NCBI GenBank assembly: GCA_963709585.1
Contig: CAVPXI010000011.1
Coordinates: 36,455 to 100,454, forward strand
Direction of reading: 5' to 3'
DNA from: Candidatus Dormiibacterota bacterium
Lineage (GTDB): Bacteria; Chloroflexota; Dormibacteria; Aeolococcales; Aeolococcaceae
Length of the DNA stretch: 64,000 bases
In this document: positions 61,598 through 64,000 of the stretch, piece by piece
How the letters are laid out: every line of letters begins with the position of its first letter
Numbering within the stretch: the first letter of the stretch is position 1
Made by a program: the position numbers and the translations under genes
The notes under the pieces: generated by a model
What the model was told of the DNA's origin: nothing
Seen by the model: the letters and a program-made list of their open reading frames with translations, nothing else
Database searches by the model: none

Positions 61598-62122
61598 ATG
61601 CAAAAAAAATTGATAGTCATTGGTTTTTGTATAGCTCTTATCAGCATTCTGATTGCGGCCTGTGGTACATCGACCGCTGCTGTACAAACGGCACCAACAC
61701 CAACGCCAACACAGATACTTATCCCAACGCCAAGTCCAACGTTGGTTCCAACGCCCAAGCCGACACCAACACCTACGCCAAAAGCGATACAACCAACGCC
61801 AACTCCAACGCCTGTTCCCGCAGCACCCGCAGAGCTTGAACTGCGACCAATGGGATTGAGCGGACACGCTGACTGCACTAAAACGTCATCGGGAGGTTAT
61901 GTTTGTGAGGTAGTGGTGAGTTCTTTAGCCAGTGCCCAGAGTGATCTGCACTGGTTTGCCACCACGAACCTGTCTGGCATTGGTTTCAGCCCCTCCGGTT
62001 CTGTGCTTGGCCCCGGACAAAGTGTTCTTGTGAGAATTAGCGTTCCAGCCGGTGTCTGCGGTCCTGGTCTCTTCTTCTTCCACGGGCCAATCAATACGCA
62101 CAGTACCTCCTGGGTGTGTTGA
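61598..62122 (+). CDS. Lipoprotein with Pro/Thr linker and small Cys-containing beta-sandwich (BACON-like) domain
   Basis: MQKK...LIAAC lipobox, PT repeats, FSPSGSVLGPGQSVLV.I and four Cys in the C-terminal domain. Confidence 0.7.
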   Translation: MQKKLIVIGFCIALISILIAACGTSTAAVQTAPTPTPTQILIPTPSPTLVPTPKPTPTPTPKAIQPTPTPTPVPAAPAELELRPMGLSGHADCTKTSSGGYVCEVVVSSLASAQSDLHWFATTNLSGIGFSPSGSVLGPGQSVLVRISVPAGVCGPGLFFFHGPINTHSTSWVC

Positions 62123-62142
62123 GCAACAAGGATTGGCAAGAG

Positions 62143-62192
62143 TTATGGGGGTCGGTTGAAATACTGCCGACGCCCATAATTATTGCCTTTTT
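62143..62192 (+). terminator. Putative intrinsic terminator
   Basis: TTATGGG-G-GTCGG...CCGAC-G-CCCATAA stem followed by a T-rich tract. Confidence 0.55.
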
Positions 62193-62194
62193 AT

Positions 62195-62237
62195 TTGACA
62201 TTATGGGTATTTCATGCTATAATTAGAACATGAATTC
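62195..62237 (+). promoter_or_regulatory. Consensus sigma-70 promoter with a near-consensus LexA box at the start site
   Basis: TTGACA (62,195), 17 bp, TG-C-TATAAT (62,218). GAACATGAATTC at 62,226-62,237. Confidence 0.75.
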
Positions 62238-62351
62238 AATGTATTTTTAACACTAAGTTAGCCCTATTTCGGCAATTTATATCGTCTTATGTCAACGGAT
62301 TTTTTATGATAGCGTAAGGTTTCGCCCATTCCAGGAAAGGGGCCAGTTACT

Positions 62352-62966
62352 ATGAGCATTATGCAACTCACACAAACTATTCATATTCTTCCTTTTGTGC
62401 CACGTGCGTCGAGTAATCGACCGGTACAATCGGTTTTACCGGGGTTAGAGCCGGAGTTAGATACACCTCCTATGGTCACAAACCGGCAAATCGCCGAGGT
62501 GCTCTCTGGTATCGCCAACATGCTAGAATTTCAAAATAGCAACCCCTATCGCATCCAGGCATACCGCAACGCGGCTCGTGGTCTGCTAGACCTGGTCGAA
62601 CCGGCAGCAGAAATTCTAGCACGTGGCGATGTATTGCCCATACCGGGGCTGGGAAAGCGATTACGCGCTCGCATCGAAGAACTTGTGCATACTGGAACAA
62701 TGACCTTCTACAACAACCTGTATATGCCGTTGTTGCCGCAGGGTGTACGTTCGTTAATGGCGGTTGAACACGTTGGGCCACACACAGCTATCCGCTTGTA
62801 CGAAGAACTGGGGGTTGATTCCCCTGAGAAGCTGTGGTGGGCAGCACACCAACAGCGAATTCGTCACTTACCCGGCTTTGGTGTACGCAGCGAAGCACGC
62901 TTGAAAGAGGCGGCTGCACAACTGCGCAAAGGCAGTAATGTAACCCCTCTTCATGGTGCGGCTTAA
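62352..62966 (+). CDS. Stand-alone helix-hairpin-helix protein matching the N-terminal part of DNA polymerase X
   Basis: TNRQIAEVL..IA.MLE...NPYRIQAYRNAA, IPGLGK, HVGP.TA and LPGFG..SE. No polymerase or PHP domain follows. Confidence 0.8.
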   Translation: MSIMQLTQTIHILPFVPRASSNRPVQSVLPGLEPELDTPPMVTNRQIAEVLSGIANMLEFQNSNPYRIQAYRNAARGLLDLVEPAAEILARGDVLPIPGLGKRLRARIEELVHTGTMTFYNNLYMPLLPQGVRSLMAVEHVGPHTAIRLYEELGVDSPEKLWWAAHQQRIRHLPGFGVRSEARLKEAAAQLRKGSNVTPLHGAA

Positions 62967-63006
62967 ATAGCGGGCATAATGCGTATACATATAGTCGGCC
63001 TTCTGA

Positions 63007-63043
63007 GCCCTGCATCCTTCTGGGTGCAGGGCCTCCTTTTGTT
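63007..63043 (+). terminator. Putative intrinsic terminator
   Basis: GCCCTGCATCC-TTCT-GGGTGCAGGGC stem followed by CTCCTTTTGTT. Confidence 0.6.
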
Positions 63044-63183
63044 CACCTTGACATCTCGTCACCCTCTCTTGTATATTTTTCTCGGTGATTTTACCAAGCG
63101 AGCTTGACAAAGGGGCGTGCATGCCCTTTGTGAGGCACATCAAAGGGGATGATTATGAAAATCATTGGAACAGAAGATCGGCT

Positions 63184-64000
63184 ATGATCGAACATCCAGC
63201 CTTCACGGTCGAGGAATGGAACGTCCGCGAGACGGAACTCCACCTCGACATACTGGCACAAACAGAGTCTATTTTCGCCCTCTCCAACGGACATATCGGA
63301 CTGCGGGGCAACCTTGATGAGGGAGAGCCGCACGGCATTCCCGGTACATACTTGAACTCTGTCTACAAGCTGCGCCCCCTCGCCTACGCGGAGGCGGGCT
63401 ATGGCTTCCCCGAGTCCGGGCAGACGGTCATCAATGTCACGAATGGCAAGCTCATCCGTCTCCTTGTTGATGACGAACCTTTCGATGTTCGGTACGGTGC
63501 GGTGCAGAGCCACGAGCGGGACCTCGACCTCCCGACGGGGTGCTACGGCGCAGCGTCCGCTGGACCTCGCCCGCGGGGCGCACGGTCAAAGTGTCGTCAG
63601 TACGGATGGTCTCGTTCACTCAGCGAGCCATCGCGGCGATTAGCTACGAAGTAGAGGCAATTGATGCACCAGTACGCATTGTTGTGCAGTCCGAGCTGGT
63701 TGCAACCAAGGCACCTCCAAACCCAGGCAAGGACCCGCGGATGGCCGCCGTTCTCGAAAATGTGCTCGAGTGCGAAGAGCACGCCGCTCAGGGTACCGTC
63801 GGACTCATGGTTCATCACACCCATGTCAGCGGGCTGCGCATCGGGGCGGCCATGGATCACAACATCAAGGGGCCGGAGGGGACGGTCATCGAGTCCGAAA
63901 GCTTCCCTGATGTAGCACGCGTGTCCGTCACCACCCAACTAAAGCCAGGCGAGCGGCTACAGATCGTCAAGTTCATCGCCTATGGCTGGTCGAGCCAACG
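63184..64000 (+). CDS. Glycoside hydrolase family 65 (trehalose/maltose/kojibiose phosphorylase-like), 5' part; apparent frameshift near 63,540
   Basis: ESIFALSNGHIGLRGNLDEG and NGKLIRLLVDDEPFD. One more G in the GGGG run continues GVLRRSVRW...KFIAYGWSSQ to the window end. Confidence 0.88.

Noticed and set aside
61690-61815. CCAACGCCA-type tandem repeats as a DNA repeat element
   Set aside because: They simply encode the Pro-Thr linker of the lipoprotein.
1-64000. CRISPR array, rRNA or tRNA genes
   Set aside because: No regularly spaced repeat-spacer series and no recognisable rRNA or cloverleaf sequence were found by eye.

Overview
The window has two unrelated parts joined at about 55,826. 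Bases 1-55,826 are very GC-rich (roughly 68-70% by eye) chromosomal DNA. The miaB-mutS-mutL-miaA-lexA order, the GAAC-N4-GTTC SOS boxes and the DUF929 gene suggest a soil monoderm such as Ca. Dormibacterota (inference). Bases 55,826-64,000 are about 48-50% GC and look like Ktedonobacteria/Chloroflexota DNA (inference). At the junction a 5'-truncated miaB abuts a 5'-truncated IS3-family transposase, so the sequence is probably chimeric. At least nine genes carry single-base frameshifts, consistent with unpolished long-read data. The best candidate for an uncharacterised system is a 9-kb cluster at 28,164-37,192. It encodes four ATP-grasp ligases, a GCS2/YbdK carboxylate-amine ligase, a peptidase-S51-like protein and two Ser esterases, and may be a non-ribosomal amide/peptide assembly and turnover pathway. 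Second is a dif-like tyrosine-recombinase core site at 44,152-44,181 whose left arm is repeated perfectly over the promoter of a nearby lone Xer-like gene, bracketing a GNAT and a nucleotidyltransferase gene. Also present: a GT-C/GT2 glycosylation locus, a DUF929-DsbB pair, SOS-boxed LysM and PolX-N-terminal genes, tandem permuted papain-like paralogues, MITE-like repeats and a small zinc-ribbon gene missed by the ORF track. No rRNA, tRNA or CRISPR array was seen. All assignments come from motif recognition; no database search was run.
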